A DNA stretch of 63,279 bases, filler included, from Octopus bimaculoides (taxonomy: Eukaryota): assembly GCF_001194135.2 (NCBI RefSeq). It is 6 parts of 6 records of this genome, joined end to end, with 100 filler letters (N's around TTAATTAATTAA, not from the genome) between each part and the next. Parts side by side here need not be neighbours in the genome. Positions count along the whole stretch, not along the records: positions 1 to 23,097 come from NC_068981.1; 5 more parts are not named here. One strand, 5' to 3'. How positions within the stretch are numbered: position 1 is the first letter of the stretch; every line of letters starts with the position of its first letter. Below are positions 1 to 13,136 of this stretch, one piece after another. Under the pieces are notes generated by a model that was not told the DNA's origin, made no database searches, and saw only the letters and a list, made by a program, of their open reading frames with translations. A program made the position numbers and the translations under genes.

Positions 1-229
1 AGGAGGAGGACTGATCGTGGGCTAAGCGCTAATATAAACCAACATGGGAGTGTCCGCATTTCGTGCGATTCACTGAAGGAAGGAAAAAATAAAGAAAGGG
101 GGAAAAAAACAATGAATGAAATATGGTTAGGGTGAGAGAAAGAATCCTGATGCGAATGACGCTACCGTGAGATGAATAATTAACCAGGTTATAGAAGACG
201 ACATGCCCCGTCACACCTAAGCACTCGGT

Positions 230-700
230 TGTCTACTTGGCTACGCTGTCGTCTGCCGCTTCCATTTCTCTCTCTATCTATCTCTATCTCTATCTTTCTC
301 TCTGTTACTCTCTCTTACGCACTCTCTCTCTCTCTTTATCTTATTCTCTCACTTTTTCTCTTCACTCACTCTCGCTTTCTCCCTTTCACTCATTCTCTCA
401 CTCTTACTCTCATATAGCTATCCGCTTGTTGTCTACTTGATTTCACTGTCGTCTGCCTCTTCCAATTCACTTTTTCTCTGTTACCTTCTCACTCTCTCTT
501 CTTTCTCCCCTCTTACTCTTTCTCTCTCGCGCACGAGCTTTCTCTGCCATCTAATCTCTTTCTTTAACCTCTTTTTCTACCCTTCCCCATCTCTCCCTCT
601 CCCTCACTTACCCTCTCCCAATCTCTCACCCTCCCTCTCACTTTCTCACTTTCACTCCCCCCTCTCTCTATCACTCTATCTCTATCTATCTCCTCCCTAC
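230..700. repeat. Degenerate (CT)n-rich low-complexity tract
   Basis: Long pyrimidine run of CT/CTCT/CTTT units; the L/S-rich ORFs here come from this repeat. Confidence 0.9.
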
Positions 701-1100
701 ACATTAACTTGGCTGGGTTAATCGGGTGCATTAAAATGTCGTCTGCTCTTAGTATTGTGTCCAGTTCCTTTGATGAAAATATATTCATAGCATTTCTCGG
801 TGACACGTTTTCTAAATTATTTCCTTACTCGTTATTCTATTCGACGACTTTAAACAAACAATAACTTAACATGTTGCCATTTATAACTGGGCCAACCATT
901 TCTTTTCCTTTTCATTTTTTTTTTCTTCCATATATATAATCCTTTTTCCCATGCACCACTGGAGAATTTGTAAAGGTATGAATATGGCTGTCGTCATTCT
1001 GTAAAAGTCGACATAATATCTTCACACAATAATTCATAAAAATATTCATATTTTCATTGTGTATGCACACATACACACACACACGCACACGTACACACAC

Positions 1101-1300
1101 ATTCTTTTATTTAGTCATTGTGTTGCGGCCATGCTAGAGCACCACCTTGTAGGGTTTAGTCGAATAAACCGACACCAGTAATTATTCCAAGTCGCAGACT
1201 TCTTCTATTGGTCTCTTTGGCCAAATCGCTAACATTGGTGACGTAAACAAACCGACACCAGTTGTCGCTGCGGAGACAAACTCAAAGACGCGTACACATA
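1101..1300 (-). mobile_element. SINE family A, 3' fragment (diverged)
   Basis: Reverse complement of the GGTGCTCTAGCATGGCCGCA...AATGACTAAATAAAAGAA tail and central block seen in the copies at 2165-2487 and 32893-33283. Confidence 0.75.
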
Positions 1301-1317
1301 CCCTTACTGATTTCAAA

Positions 1318-1497
1318 TTTTGAAACAAGGCCAGCAATTTCGGAGAGGGGGGTAAGTCGATTACATCGACCCCAGTACTCAACTGGCTCTTATTTTATCG
1401 ATCCCGGCTGCATTTGAACTCAGAACGTCAAGTCACAAGAAATGCCACTTAGCGTTTTTGTCCGGCCCCGTAACGATTCTGCGGGCACACCGCCTTC
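1318..1497 (-). mobile_element. SINE family B (diverged)
   Basis: Matches the AAGGCGG...CAGAATCGTTA...TTCTGAGTTCAAAT...GGGGTCGATGTAATCGAC family present many times in the window. Confidence 0.8.
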
Positions 1498-2164
1498 ACG
1501 CACATGTATGTTAATGTTTGTTTTTATGTTATGATAAAAAGAACAATTTTACATTAAATTGAAGGATTACTCAATACATTTGGTAGAGTACAAATTTATT
1601 ATTCTTTTGCTTATTAGTTTGGTGGTGGTGGTGTTGGAGATGTGGTGTTGANNNNNNNNNNNNNNNNNNNNNNNNNNNNNNNNNNNNNNNNNNNNNNNNN
1701 NNNNNNNNNNNNNNNNNNNNNNNNNNNNNNNNNNNNNNNNNNNNNNNNNNNNNNNNNNNNNNNNNNNNNNNNNNNNNNNNNNNNNNNNNNNNNNNNNNNN
1801 NNNNNNNNNNNNNNNNNNNNNNNNNNNNNNNNNNNNNNNNNNNNNNNNNNNNNNNNNNNNNNNNNNNNNNNNNNNNNNNNNNNNNNNNNNNNNNNNNNNN
1901 NNNNNNNNNNNNNNNNNNNNNNNNNNNNNNNNNNNNNNNNNNNNNNNNNNNNNNNNNNNNNNNNNNNNNNNNNNNNNNNNNNNNNNNNNNNNNNNNNNNN
2001 NNNNNNNNNNNNNNNNNNNNNNNNNNNNNNNNNNNNNNNNNNNNNNNNNNNNNNNNNNNNNNNNNNNNNNNNNNNNNNNNNNNNNNNNNNNNNNNNNNNN
2101 NNNNNNNNNNNNNNNNNNNNNNNNNNNNNNNNNNNNNNNNNNNNNNNNNNNNNNNNNNNNNNNN

Positions 2165-2487
2165 GGCACCTTGGGCAAGTGTCTTCTGCTATAGCCTCGG
2201 GCCGACCAAAGCCTTGTGAGTGGATTTGGTAGATGGAAACTGAAAGAAGCCTGTCGTATATATGTATATGTGTGTCTGTGTGTCTGTGTTTGTCCCCCCC
2301 CCAACATCGCTTGACAACCGATGCTGGTGTGTTTACGTACCCGTAACTTAGTGGTTCGGCAAAAGAGACCGATAGAATAAGTACTAGGCTTACAAAGAAT
2401 AAGTCCTGGGGTCGATTTGCTCGACAAAAGGCGGTGCTCCAGCATGGCCGCAGTCAAATGACTGAAACAAGTAAAAGAGTAAAGAGT
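2165..2487 (+). mobile_element. SINE family A (tRNA-derived head lost in gap)
   Basis: GGCACCTTGGGCAAGTGTCTTCT (CORE-like start) through the GCGGTGCTCCAGCATGGCCGCAGTCAAATGACTGAAACAAGTAAAAGAG tail; homologous to 13137, 29400, 30178 and 32893. Confidence 0.9.
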
Positions 2488-4830
2488 TGTATATGATTTA
2501 AGGGAGATTAAACAGCTATTTCTACCAGGTTGAGCACACTATTTATAAAAGCATTTTCTCTTAGGCTGGATCGGTGGGATTAGCTGTTCATAAAGTGATG
2601 TGTAAAACTCGAGTCTTGAAATAACTAAGTCAAAAAACAACCCCAAAATACAATGGTATTTAATAACACCTTTACTTTATTTTATGAATTGTTTCCTACA
2701 ATGGAACCCACACGACATTTAGAATATTCGAGTCATTAATATAAAAAAATTATGTTCTTATAAAATACGAGACAGTTAATTAGATATTATAGTCGCCAGA
2801 ATTTGGAGTCTTGGAAACCTCAATAACCACAATCTAACTACTGTTTCGGTTGTTTGAAAAAAGAAAAAAACAATGGGTTACTACAATTAACCCTCTTGTT
2901 GACCCCTTTTCTTCTTGATGTTGTTTCTGACAGACAAGCGGTGATGACACAAACAAAGACGAGAATGTGTAAACGGATAAGTCACGTGTTGTTATAAGAC
3001 TGTTGAGGTGTCGGCAAGTCCGTAATGGCGCCTGCAAACTCACTGGTGTGAATCTGAAGAAAGACTTTCGACAAAGCTAGACAAATATGACCAAAAGTTT
3101 AAATAAGCATGTCTATGCTGACATATAAATCGCAAGAACTTTTTTTTTGTTCGTTTCTTGTTTAAGGTCCTACCGCCTCCCTCAACATTCTCTCAGACGA
3201 TTATAAACTGAATCCATTTCAATGGCGACAAATTACGGAAGCAACAGAAATATATTTATTGCAGTTGTTATTATGTATTTGTATTTATTGTTATTGCATT
3301 ATTTGTTCGAAATGTCCCCCTTTAACCTGACAGCTAAACTAAATGATGTTTATAAGAGGAGTGGGTGTATATAAAGAAGGAGTAGGACGGTAAAGAATTA
3401 ACCAACGGGGAAGTTAATAGTTCGGCCATTTTTTTTTTTTTATAAAAAAAAATAAAAATAGAAAAAGGAAATACCAAGTAACACCAACTTTTGTGCTTTC
3501 ATGCTTATCTCTGACTTCCCATGTTGCAAAAGTAAGCGGAATAACCGAAGTCTCATTAAGTCATAGATTTTGTATAATGTGTAACAGGCCGTTATTACCG
3601 CATTTGCATATAAGGTACACTTTTTCCTCAAAAAACGTCTCCAAAAAATATAACCCTGAGTCCTATATGCAAGGTTGAGGGCCAATATTACATGCTTTAA
3701 TACACTAAAATCTTTTTTTCATGAATACGTGCTACTGAATTTGGAATGCGTCTAATGTTACCCGTGTGTTCCTTGTTAGCTTCGATCGAGAACACCTATA
3801 AGACAGTCGGATGTGATTTGTGGGAGATTTGGCTGTTAGTTTTACCTTGTAGATCAGTGGATCTCAACCTTTTGTTGTTTAGTGCCTCCTTTCACAAAAT
3901 GGCGTTTTACAAACACCTCTGCCCTACCGTACTGTCGCGCTTACGTTCAACAATTCCTAGAGTCTCCTTCCTTCCTCAGTAACCATCAGTGAAGTTTCTC
4001 TAGAGCTGAGCTTAAAAGAGATTCTTCTGCATATGTCACTGGTGACCACTCACCTTTTTATTCTTATTTTTACTTTGTAAGGTTTTTGCGAACTTATGAG
4101 CAATAAAGTCTTCGGCCACATCTGACATCCAAAACTCTTAGTTAAGTTGCTTGAATGCGACCTGTCTCGTAACCCTTAATCGAGAGTTTTTGGGGGTTAT
4201 TTTCCATCAGACTCGTCAAAAACAGCTTGTGCTGTCGGGTTTCTTTCTGACCCATATTCTATCAACTCATCAATTATTCAAAGTTCTGTTCTGAGCTCCA
4301 CACTCTTCGTTCTGTGAACAGCATCCAAAACAAGCCATTCGGCTGTTTGATTAAGGATCATTCACTAACCGGCCAAGATCACTGATCTTGAAACATGTTG
4401 AACCTTCTCTTCGACCTTACAACTACCAATAGTTTCAAACTTTTCTGAACTGTCAAGTTACCACTACAATCCTTCAGTCGCTTAACATCTCATCATTCAT
4501 TCTGTATTTTATCTCTCCCCAACACGATCTCAAGTCCCTGCGAAATCTCTCCGCCTACGTTGTCGCTTAGCCCCTCTCAAGTCCTCAACAAACATCACTG
4601 CCTGTTTTGTTTAGCTTCAGACCAGTTCTTATCAAACAGACCGATAATCAAAAGCTTTCCATCCGCGACCATCATTTTTTCAAACTCACTGTGTTTAGGG
4701 ACACGCAGGGTTATTGTTTGAAGGTGATGCAGACGACAAAATGATAACTTCTGTTTATTGTCCAAAGGAACGCAGGTCACGTGAAACTGTTTAGACTGAG
4801 TGAATCAACTGTATCGAACAAATGCATATA

Positions 4831-5285
4831 CGAGCGCTGATCGGAAAGTATCAGGACTGTTGTTATGGTAACGGAGCTAAAGTACACAGAGTGAAACTGC
4901 TGGGCACATATTGACCTTGAACCCTGCTGCACATGCATACTAAGTTATGACGATCTCGCTCACTTCTGGTGATTATAGTAGTGCTTGGAAGTAAAGTGTG
5001 TAGAGTGTGGTCGTCTCAAAGAGAAGATTGAGTTTCAGCTCAGCTGCACAGGATCACTTTCATTGTGTCGAGGCAGACAAAAACTTTTTGGAAACGGTCA
5101 TAACAGGGGAAATCAAAGCCCACTTGAAAAGAACAAAATTTCAGGACGTCGAGGAAATCCAAAAGAATGTAACGAGGTAGCAGCTCACTATCCCGAGAAA
5201 GGATTTCCAGGAATGATTCCATCATTGGATACGATGCTGGACAAAGGGTATTGCTTCGGAAGGGAACTACTTCAAAGGAGATTAA
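4831..5285 (+). mobile_element. Internally deleted mariner transposon remnant
   Basis: TA followed by TIR-like CGAGCGCTGATCGGAAAGTATCAGGACTG; FLETVITG (start of the DD34D motif) joined to a C-terminal LKRTKFQDVEEIQKNVTR*QLTIPRKDFQE*FHHWIRCWTKGIASEGNYFKGD; no right TIR seen. Confidence 0.8.
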
Positions 5286-5741
5286 ACATCGAATTAATAT
5301 ACAAAGTTGGCCAAAAGTCAACCGACAGTAAATCAAAATTCCATAAATACTATCTGTAATTCTGTATTGACTCGAATGGAAAAATGTGACGCTCAAGAAG
5401 GACTTCAGTTTGAACAATTTTCATGATGTTTCATATTTAGATGCTTTTAAATTTATTCAGTTGTTAAAGATAAACAAATATTGGAATTAAATGGTTTTGA
5501 TTTACTGTCAAATGACTTGGCCAAGCTTGTATGTTGTAGTTTTCTTTTTATAGCACCACTTCCGATTCTTTTTGATCAGACCTCGGATATATTTATAAAT
5601 ATAGTGCAATTAAGAATTATATCTAACAACAAATAATCAGTATTTATTTATAAGTCCGTTTGTATTCCTATATACTCTACATGTATCTGCACATGTGAGT
5701 ATATATGTTTTTATGCATAACACTTTCTATATATTTTTCAG

Positions 5742-5859
5742 TTTCTACAAGACCAAGTCAGTCACCTACAAGGTGAAATGCTGGATATTAAGAACACATA
5801 CAGTGAAGTGAGTTTGCTACGAGATAGGCTTACCTTATTGGAAAAACTTGTAATTAAAG
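5742..5859 (+). CDS. Internal coding exon of an unidentified host gene; coiled-coil peptide FLQDQVSHLQGEMLDIKNTYSEVSLLRDRLTLLEKLVIK
   Basis: Acceptor TTTTTCAG ends at 5741, donor AAG|GTAAGA at 5860; 118 nt open frame (phase 0 to 1) with a heptad-like leucine pattern in non-repeat sequence. Confidence 0.7.
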
Positions 5860-6080
5860 GTAAGATAATTCCCTTAATATTATTTGCCTATGAAATACCA
5901 AAATGTTTATCAGCAGTATCCGTTCAAAATAGTATTTTATATATCTAAGTTAATGTGGATGTGGCCAACAATATTCGATATTCTTCTCGAGAAAGCATCT
6001 CGTATAAAACGTATAGTTCTAAAAAGCACAGTATATCAGTAGCAGACGAAAAACACCCATCATCAGCAGTGGAATTGCTA

Positions 6081-6133
<53 letters not shown>
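6081..6133. repeat. (AAT)n microsatellite
   Basis: Perfect AAT run. Confidence 0.95.
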
Positions 6134-6135
<2 letters not shown>

Positions 6136-6282
6136 GTGATGATGATGAGGATTTAGGAATTTTTGACTTTAGGATTGTCATTTGTGATGATGTTATTATA
6201 TATTCGGTATGTCTTTTTCTCAAATGTATAAACTTGTTCATATAATTGTTTTATTATTAATATAGTTATATTATTGATTTTG

Positions 6283-6351
<69 letters not shown>

Positions 6352-7356
6352 TGTTCGATTTGATTGATAGATGGGTGTATATTAACCTATATACATAACA
6401 TACCTCAAAATTGTGTCTAATACTGTATATGTATGTATGTCTATGCCTTTGATGGAAGTACGATGTGATGTTGATATGTGTTAGTCTCAGTGTGTTTGCG
6501 TATTACATAGGTACATGTCTTGCGTTAGTATATGCATGTGCATACCTCTCTGTCTGCCTCTTTGTCTGTCTGTCGTTCTCTTACGGACGGGAAATTATAT
6601 TCGATATCTATTTTAGTATATTTAACAGTTTACTTATCTTGCACTCCAAATAGCAAAAACTAAAATAACATAAATTGAAATTAAATTCGATAAGAGCCGA
6701 ATAGTCTACAAATACGAATTTAAATTTCGTTTTTGTATTTCCTTATCGTGAATTCCAATTTGAAATAAAATTTCAGATATTCTTTTTTATTTTTTTAGAA
6801 CCGATGCGCTTTATCCCCCCCCCCCACCTCGATCTTTGGTTTTTAGGTACATATGTCTGCGGGACAGATAATGAAGCAATAGGGAAATACAAAAATAGAC
6901 TTGGATATCTTGTGTAAGCGAAACGAATATGTAAATTTCATTAAATGGAAATATATTAATTTGAAATTAATTTAAACTTGTCTTCGGTTAAATCTTTTCA
7001 CATTTATTTCTATTATTCATAGAAATGCTTCCAGTTTATTTTTAATTTATCATTATTGTTGTTTATAACTCGGTTTATATTACTGATAATACTTCCTATT
7101 AAGATTGTCTACGACGCAAACAATTTGTAACGTAGGCCTTTTGAAGTCATGTTAACAACATCGTCATAAATCTTAAAACAGAAGTGTTGCTATTAAAAAA
7201 AGTTAAATGTTTTAATAGATATATAAATAAAATATGAACTGGTTATTAAACATTATTTAATACTAACTTTTGTGCATTTACATAATCGTTCCACTTCTTC
7301 GGGTGACCCAAGTCTATTTTTGTATTTTCTTTGGTTTCATTCTGAGTCCCATAGGC

Positions 7357-7560
7357 AAGGCGGCGTGCTGGCAGAATCGTTAGCGCATCAGACCAAATGC
7401 GTAGCAGCATTTCATCCACCCTTTTACGTACAAAGCTCAAATCCCGCCGAGGTCAACTTAACCGGGGTCAATGAAATAAGTATCAGTAAAGTACTAGGGT
7501 CGATCTGATCGACTAACCCCCTTCCCCAAATTCTAATATAGCGCCTATATTAGAAACATT
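7357..7560 (+). mobile_element. SINE family B (diverged)
   Basis: AAGGCGGCGTGCTGGCAGAATCGTTAGC head and GGGTCGATCTGATCGAC body. Confidence 0.85.
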
Positions 7561-8344
7561 TCTTACCGTAAATATATGTACTTAAAACCAATGATCGTTG
7601 CTTTTTATTTCCAACTCAGTTTTAGCAATTTTATGACCGAGAAGACATTATAAAATATTTATATTTAAAATAAAATACTCGAATCAATTTCTCCCTCCAA
7701 ACCACATCTCATAGTCTCTGCATAAGCATGTTCTATAAATAAGTAGTAAAGTCACTGTAGCCGTATTTATTGTAGTCTGTAGTTCTTTCTGACTTTAAAA
7801 TTGCTATTCACAAACAATATCTATCTGTTTTTCTACCACTACGATAATCTCACTTCTCTCACTCTGTCGCCCCGGTTCTCTTTCTGTCATCTCATCCTTT
7901 TCAACTCACTTTTTTGGTCACGTTTCCTTGGACGAGCGGGACCAACGTAGATTAGAAAAATACTCTTTAGTTTCGCCGGGGAGGAGGCGACCTCTCTAGT
8001 GTTGGTGCCATAATAAAATGCACCCAGTATAGTTTGTAAAGTGGCGGGTATAGAGGAGTGGCAAATGTTTGTAGAAAGCATGCCAAAAAGGGAACGTGAG
8101 TGGAAGGCGTGATCCCTGAGCTGTCTATTAGGGTAGTAACTAATAACAAAGGACTCGGACCGTGATGAAGCATCCAAGTCGTACTTGCATAGAAAGTGGA
8201 TGTAAAGCGATAATGATGAAGAGGAGGAGGAAGACGACTAAACTTCGGGAAAGTTTTACAGATTTTTACATTTCCAGTGATGGATTGGATCTGTAGCCTT
8301 CGAATTAGCTTTCTCCTTTTGAGAAGCCTAATTTCTCAAATTTG

Positions 8345-8526
8345 GTAGGTAGGTAGGTATGTATGTATGTATGTATGTATGTATGTATGTATGTATGCAT
8401 GCATGTATGTATGTATGTATGTATGTGTATGTGTGTATGTATGTATGTATGTATGCATGTATGTATGTGTATGTATGTATGCATGTATGTATGTGTGTAT
8501 GCATGTATGTATGTATGTATGTATGC
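8345..8526. repeat. (ATGT)n microsatellite
   Basis: Direct reading; source of the MYVC/HTYI pseudo-ORFs. Confidence 0.95.
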
Positions 8527-9492
8527 ATTTATTTATGCGTACTGCATATATTTCATTTGCATTAAACTAAATTTGAACATATAGCCTACGTAATAATTAC
8601 CTATTCAGGAAAGTAAATGACAGAATTGATAACGCATGAAGCAAAATACTTCGTAGAATATAATTATGTCCTTTTTTTTTTTCGTTGTCTGTTTCAAATT
8701 TCGCTGTGGCCAGTTTAACTATTACTCTTTCAAGGGCGTTATAAAATAAAATACTAGCCAAATATTATCCCCCGAAGCTCTCTATTCCAACCTTTGATAG
8801 AAATCATCTATATTCTATTGTCAAGGGTTGTTGAAATGCAATATCTGGAAAATACTGGATATAAATGCTTGCGTAGTATTTACTGAAGACGCTTGGTGGA
8901 ATGGAGAAGGTGTTGGACTAATTATTGTGAATTCGATTCCTGAGTTGAGAATTTCACGATATTTCGGTCATCTTGGAAAAAACATGTGTCGAAGCGGACG
9001 GCTGGTACAGCTCTTTCTTCCTTCAGCTGTCACATCTTAGACGTAACATCTGGGGATTCCATCGAAACAACTTAGATGTTCCCATGGGATAAAGATGGAA
9101 TGTTCTGGAGGGTGTCTGTGCCTACACGCGATTAAATACACATCAAAAACCAACCAGCAAATTCATAGTACAAGTAACCAGAGCAAACTCGCTTGTGAGT
9201 GACGCTTAAGCATTTTCTTTTTATTTACTTAAGTCCAATTTCTTGGAATCTGTCATGACCTTTATTTAACAAAGCTATCTCATAAACAAGATTCATTTTT
9301 CGGCTTTCTTTCTTTCTTTCTTTTTGCACATTCCAGTTGTCATCTAAAGGCAAGATGCAACAATGAACGTTGGTATACGATTTGCGATGGAAATATAAAA
9401 TATTCCAATTATATGAATATGGCAAACAGATCCTTCTATGCTTGTTGTGAAGTTATGTAAACTACTTTGTGTGTGTACGTGTGTGTGTGAGT

Positions 9493-9523
<31 letters not shown>

Positions 9524-9864
9524 CGTGTGTTGTTCCGATGTCGAACATTGCTGATCTTGGGACATGATATCCATCTTCATAAAACAATCACACTGATTTC
9601 GTTGTAATGCGTGTCTCTTTATTTTCTAATTCTTTGAATTCTTGCCATAAAGAAGCGACTGGTTTCTTCTAACGACTAAACAAAGCTCCTTCTTTGGAAT
9701 TCAGATAACGACCAAAGTAACGTCTTGAATTTCATATAAAAGTCATAAAAGCCATTAGAGTTTCAGTTACAGAATGAATTTGCTGAGAGACAATATCTCA
9801 CATAAAATGTACAGATAATTTATACTGCAGCGTTGTTGTTGTATAAATTCTTCATTATAGACGT

Positions 9865-10150
9865 AGACATGGATGTGTGGCTAGAAAGGTCAAGCACCTG
9901 AGTTTGAGTTCAGTTCTACTGCCCGGCACCTTGGAGGCGAGTCTTTTCCAATAGCCACGGATCATTAGAGCGTCAGACAAAATGCCTTACGATATTTCTT
10001 TCGACTCATCAGGCTCCGAGTTCAAATCGTACCGGGGATTTCACTCTTTGTCTTTCACCCTTTCTCAGTCGATAAAATAAGCACCAGTCAAATACTGAGG
10101 TCGAAGCAATCGGATAACACTCTCCCCTTTAAATTACGGGCCATGTAATT
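9865..10150 (+). mobile_element. Old composite SINE: family-A-like head followed by family-B-like body
   Basis: GAGTTCAGTTCTACTGCCCGGCACCTTGG (A-like), then CAAAATGCCTTACGATATTTC...GAGTTCAAAT...GTCGATAAAATAAGCACCAGT (B-like). Confidence 0.55.
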
Positions 10151-10159
10151 TAAATCCGT

Positions 10160-11340
10160 GGAAAACTTCTACACTGGATTAAGTATTTCCTGGAGAATAG
10201 AACACAAGAAGTTGTGGTCGATGGAGTCCACTCAAGCCCAGCAAAAGTTACCAGTGGTGTCTCTAAGGAAATTGTATTGGGCCCGCTCCTCTTTATAATT
10301 TATATAAATGACCTTCCCAGCGTCGTAAATCACTGCAAAGTGAAAATATTTGCTGATGACACTAAGCTCCAGCAAATCATCAAAGAAGAAGAAGACCGAA
10401 TCCGACTCCAGACTGATCTATATGCTGTGAGTCAATGGGCAGATAAAAATAAAATGAAATTGAACGAGGGAAAATTTGAGCTGATGCANNNNNNNNNNNN
10501 NNNNNNNNNNNNNNNNNNNNNNNNNNNNNNNNNNNNNNNNNNNNNNNNNNNNNNNNNNNNNNNNNNNNNNNNNNNNNNNNNNNNNNNNNNNNNNNNNNNN
10601 NNNNNNNNNNNNNNNNNNNNNNNNNNNNNNNNNNNNNNNNNNNNNNNNNNNNNNNNNNNNNNNNNNNNNNNNNNNNNNNNNNNNNNNNNNNNNNNNNNNN
10701 NNNNNNNNNNNNNNNNNNNNNNNNNNNNNNNNNNNNNNNNNNNNNNNNNNNNNNNNNNNNNNNNNNNNNNNNNNNNNNNNNNNNNNNNNNNNNNNNNNNN
10801 NNNNNNNNNNNNNNNNNNNNNNNNNNNNNNNNNNNNNNNNNNNNNNNNNNNNNNNNNNNNNNNNNNNNNNNNNNNNNNNNNNNNNNNNNNNNNNNNNNNN
10901 NNNNNNNNNNNNNNNNNNNNNNNNNNNNNNNNNNNNNNNNNNNNNNNNNNNNNNNNNNNNNNNNNNNNNNNNNNNNNNNNNNNNNNNNNNNNNNNNNNNN
11001 NNNNNNNNNNNNNNNNNNNNNNNNNNNNNNNNNNNNNNNNNNNNNNNNNNNNNNNNNNNNNNNNNNNNNNNNNNNNNNNNNNNNNNNNNNNNNNNNNNNN
11101 NGCTAAAAGAGGAAAAGGACCCTATCAGCTTTAAACGGAGTCTAGACAGTTTTCTTCAAAGAATACCAGACAAGCCACCAATACCTGGATACAACTCACT
11201 CAATAAGAACTCACTACTTGAATGGACCATAGACCAAACTTGACTGTAAAAAGGATTTAGATAATCCTATCAGGTGGTGCTATTAAGTTAGACATGGCCT
11301 GGACCAATCTTTGGTCGAAACATATCTAAGTTTTATCTAA
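10160..11340 (+). mobile_element. 5'-truncated CR1-group LINE (RT, ORF2 C-terminus and 3' UTR; middle in gap)
   Basis: GKLLHWIKYFLENRTQEVVVDG...SGVSKEIVLGPLLFIIYINDLP...KIFADDTKL; after the gap FKRSLDSFLQRIPDKPPIPGYNSLNKNSLLEW with a stop near 11240; 3' stem-loop at 11288-11329. Confidence 0.9.
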
Positions 11341-11381
11341 ATTATATATATATATATATAGATAGATAGATAGATAGATAC

Positions 11382-11426
<45 letters not shown>

Positions 11427-11709
11427 CAACTTTACCCAACTCTGAGCCAATATATGCATATATTTATTTATACATGTGTGTGTGTCCTACTGTGCCACAT
11501 TTTACTATATATATGTATATATATATATATACATAAATATCCCCCAGGCTCTGTATGAGCATATGCGCTTACGTGTCCCTGTGTGAAAGTGTGGCTGGGC
11601 GTATTGTCTATGAACAATATGAATATGTTTCTGTGAGTGTGCGCGTGTGTGTCCTAGTGTTTTGGTAATACTACCTCATACACCCGTATAAATAACTATA
11701 CACCCGGTG

Positions 11710-12029
11710 CTTGTTAATGTACCTACATGTGTTTCTGTGTGCGTGTATGTGTGTGTGTGTGTGTGTGTTTGTATCTATCTGTGTGTCTTTGTGTGTGTGT
11801 GTGTGTGTACGTGTGCGTGCGTCTGTGTGTCTATAGTCTGTGTCAGTGTGTGTGTTTGTGTATGTCTGTGTGTGTTTGTGTGTGTGTGTGGTGTTTGAGT
11901 GTGTGCGTGTGTACGTGTGTGTGTATGTCTCTGTGTGTGTGTTTGTGCCTGTGTGCGTGTGTGTGTGTGTGTGTACGTGTGTGTGTCTGTGTCTGTGTGT
12001 CTGTGTGTGTGTGTGTGTGTGTTGTCTGT

Positions 12030-12061
<32 letters not shown>

Positions 12062-12065
12062 CACT
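11710..12065. repeat. Degenerate (GT)n microsatellite
   Basis: Direct reading; source of the VCVC/THTH ORFs. Confidence 0.95.
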
Positions 12066-12228
12066 CACCCATATCCTCTATAATTAACCGTTCGGCTGAT
12101 ATGCATGTGGATGCTTATGTATGCATCGATTGGCAAGTGTGTCTATGAATGCTTCTCGGTGCGTCACTGCATGTGTGTGTATTTCACTCCTCGCTCCTAC
12201 GTAAATGCGATTCAAGCTAATACCGATA

Positions 12229-12264
<36 letters not shown>

Positions 12265-12732
12265 TGTATGTATGTGTTTGTACGTTTTCATCACACACAC
12301 ACATACACACATACACACACATACACTCATATATAGTTATATATACAGGTGTATGTGAATATATGTTTATATGCTATCTGTTGTCTATGTATGTATGAGT
12401 GCATTTTAACGAGTTAGCGTTTGCGGCTCTTTGTATCTATATGTGGTGCGCCCTCCTCCCATCTGCCGGACACAAATGAGCCACGCTGATTCTACCTACT
12501 TAAAAACCTATTATTATTACCTGTTAGTAACAGAAACAGCAACATGCCACCTTAATGCTTCTGTGTTTTTCTAATGACGTCAACAAACCAACAAATTAGA
12601 GAGAAGCACCACATCACTGATTAATTAGATTAAATCTCCTCACTTCATCAAATTTGTTAGCACTAACTTGACTGTTATTGTCCGCGTACATGGCGTCACT
12701 AGGTAATTTTCTTTCAGTCTTTATTACGTTTG

Positions 12733-12922
12733 GCGAGCTGGCAGAATCGTTAGAACGCCGTTCAAAATAAATACTTAGCGGCATTACGTCCGTCTTTACG
12801 TTCTGAGTTCAAATTCCGCCGAAATCGACATTATTTTCATTCTTTTGGGGGTCGATCAAATTGACTATCCTCCTTCCCCACCCCAATCTCAGGCATTGTG
12901 CTTATAGCAGAAAAGATCATTA
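12733..12922 (+). mobile_element. SINE family B with internal deletion
   Basis: GGCGAGCTGGCAGAATCGTTAG...TTCTGAGTTCAAATTCCGCCG...GGGGTCGAT. Confidence 0.85.
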
Positions 12923-13136
12923 CAGTGTTTGATGCCTACTGGGGTACATCATTTTATGCGAATATAATCTGCCGTGTCAAGGAAGTAATGCCTCGTTGAA
13001 GAGGTTTAATAAGAGCGAAATACGCCTGGAGTTGTCGTCCGTAACTGCGTAAGTCTGAAAAAACACTAGCAGTACCTGTGAGTTTTACTATTTTTCTAGG
13101 TAGGTGTGCACATTTTAGGGAAACTACACAACATAT

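Noticed and set aside
5833-5886. Possible 54-nt minus-strand exon overlapping the coiled-coil exon
   Set aside because: Splice signals are plausible but the peptide is featureless; the plus-strand reading explains the region better.
7990-8090. GTGCCATAATAAAATGCACCCAGTA..., resembling an RTE-type 5' UTR
   Set aside because: Resemblance is from memory only, too short and degenerate, with no second copy in the window.
8975-9055. Hammerhead-like strings (minus CTGAAGGAAG...CTTCGACACATGT; plus CTGGGGA...GAAAC)
   Set aside because: Core bases are mutated and stem I or stem II cannot form; too degenerate to call.
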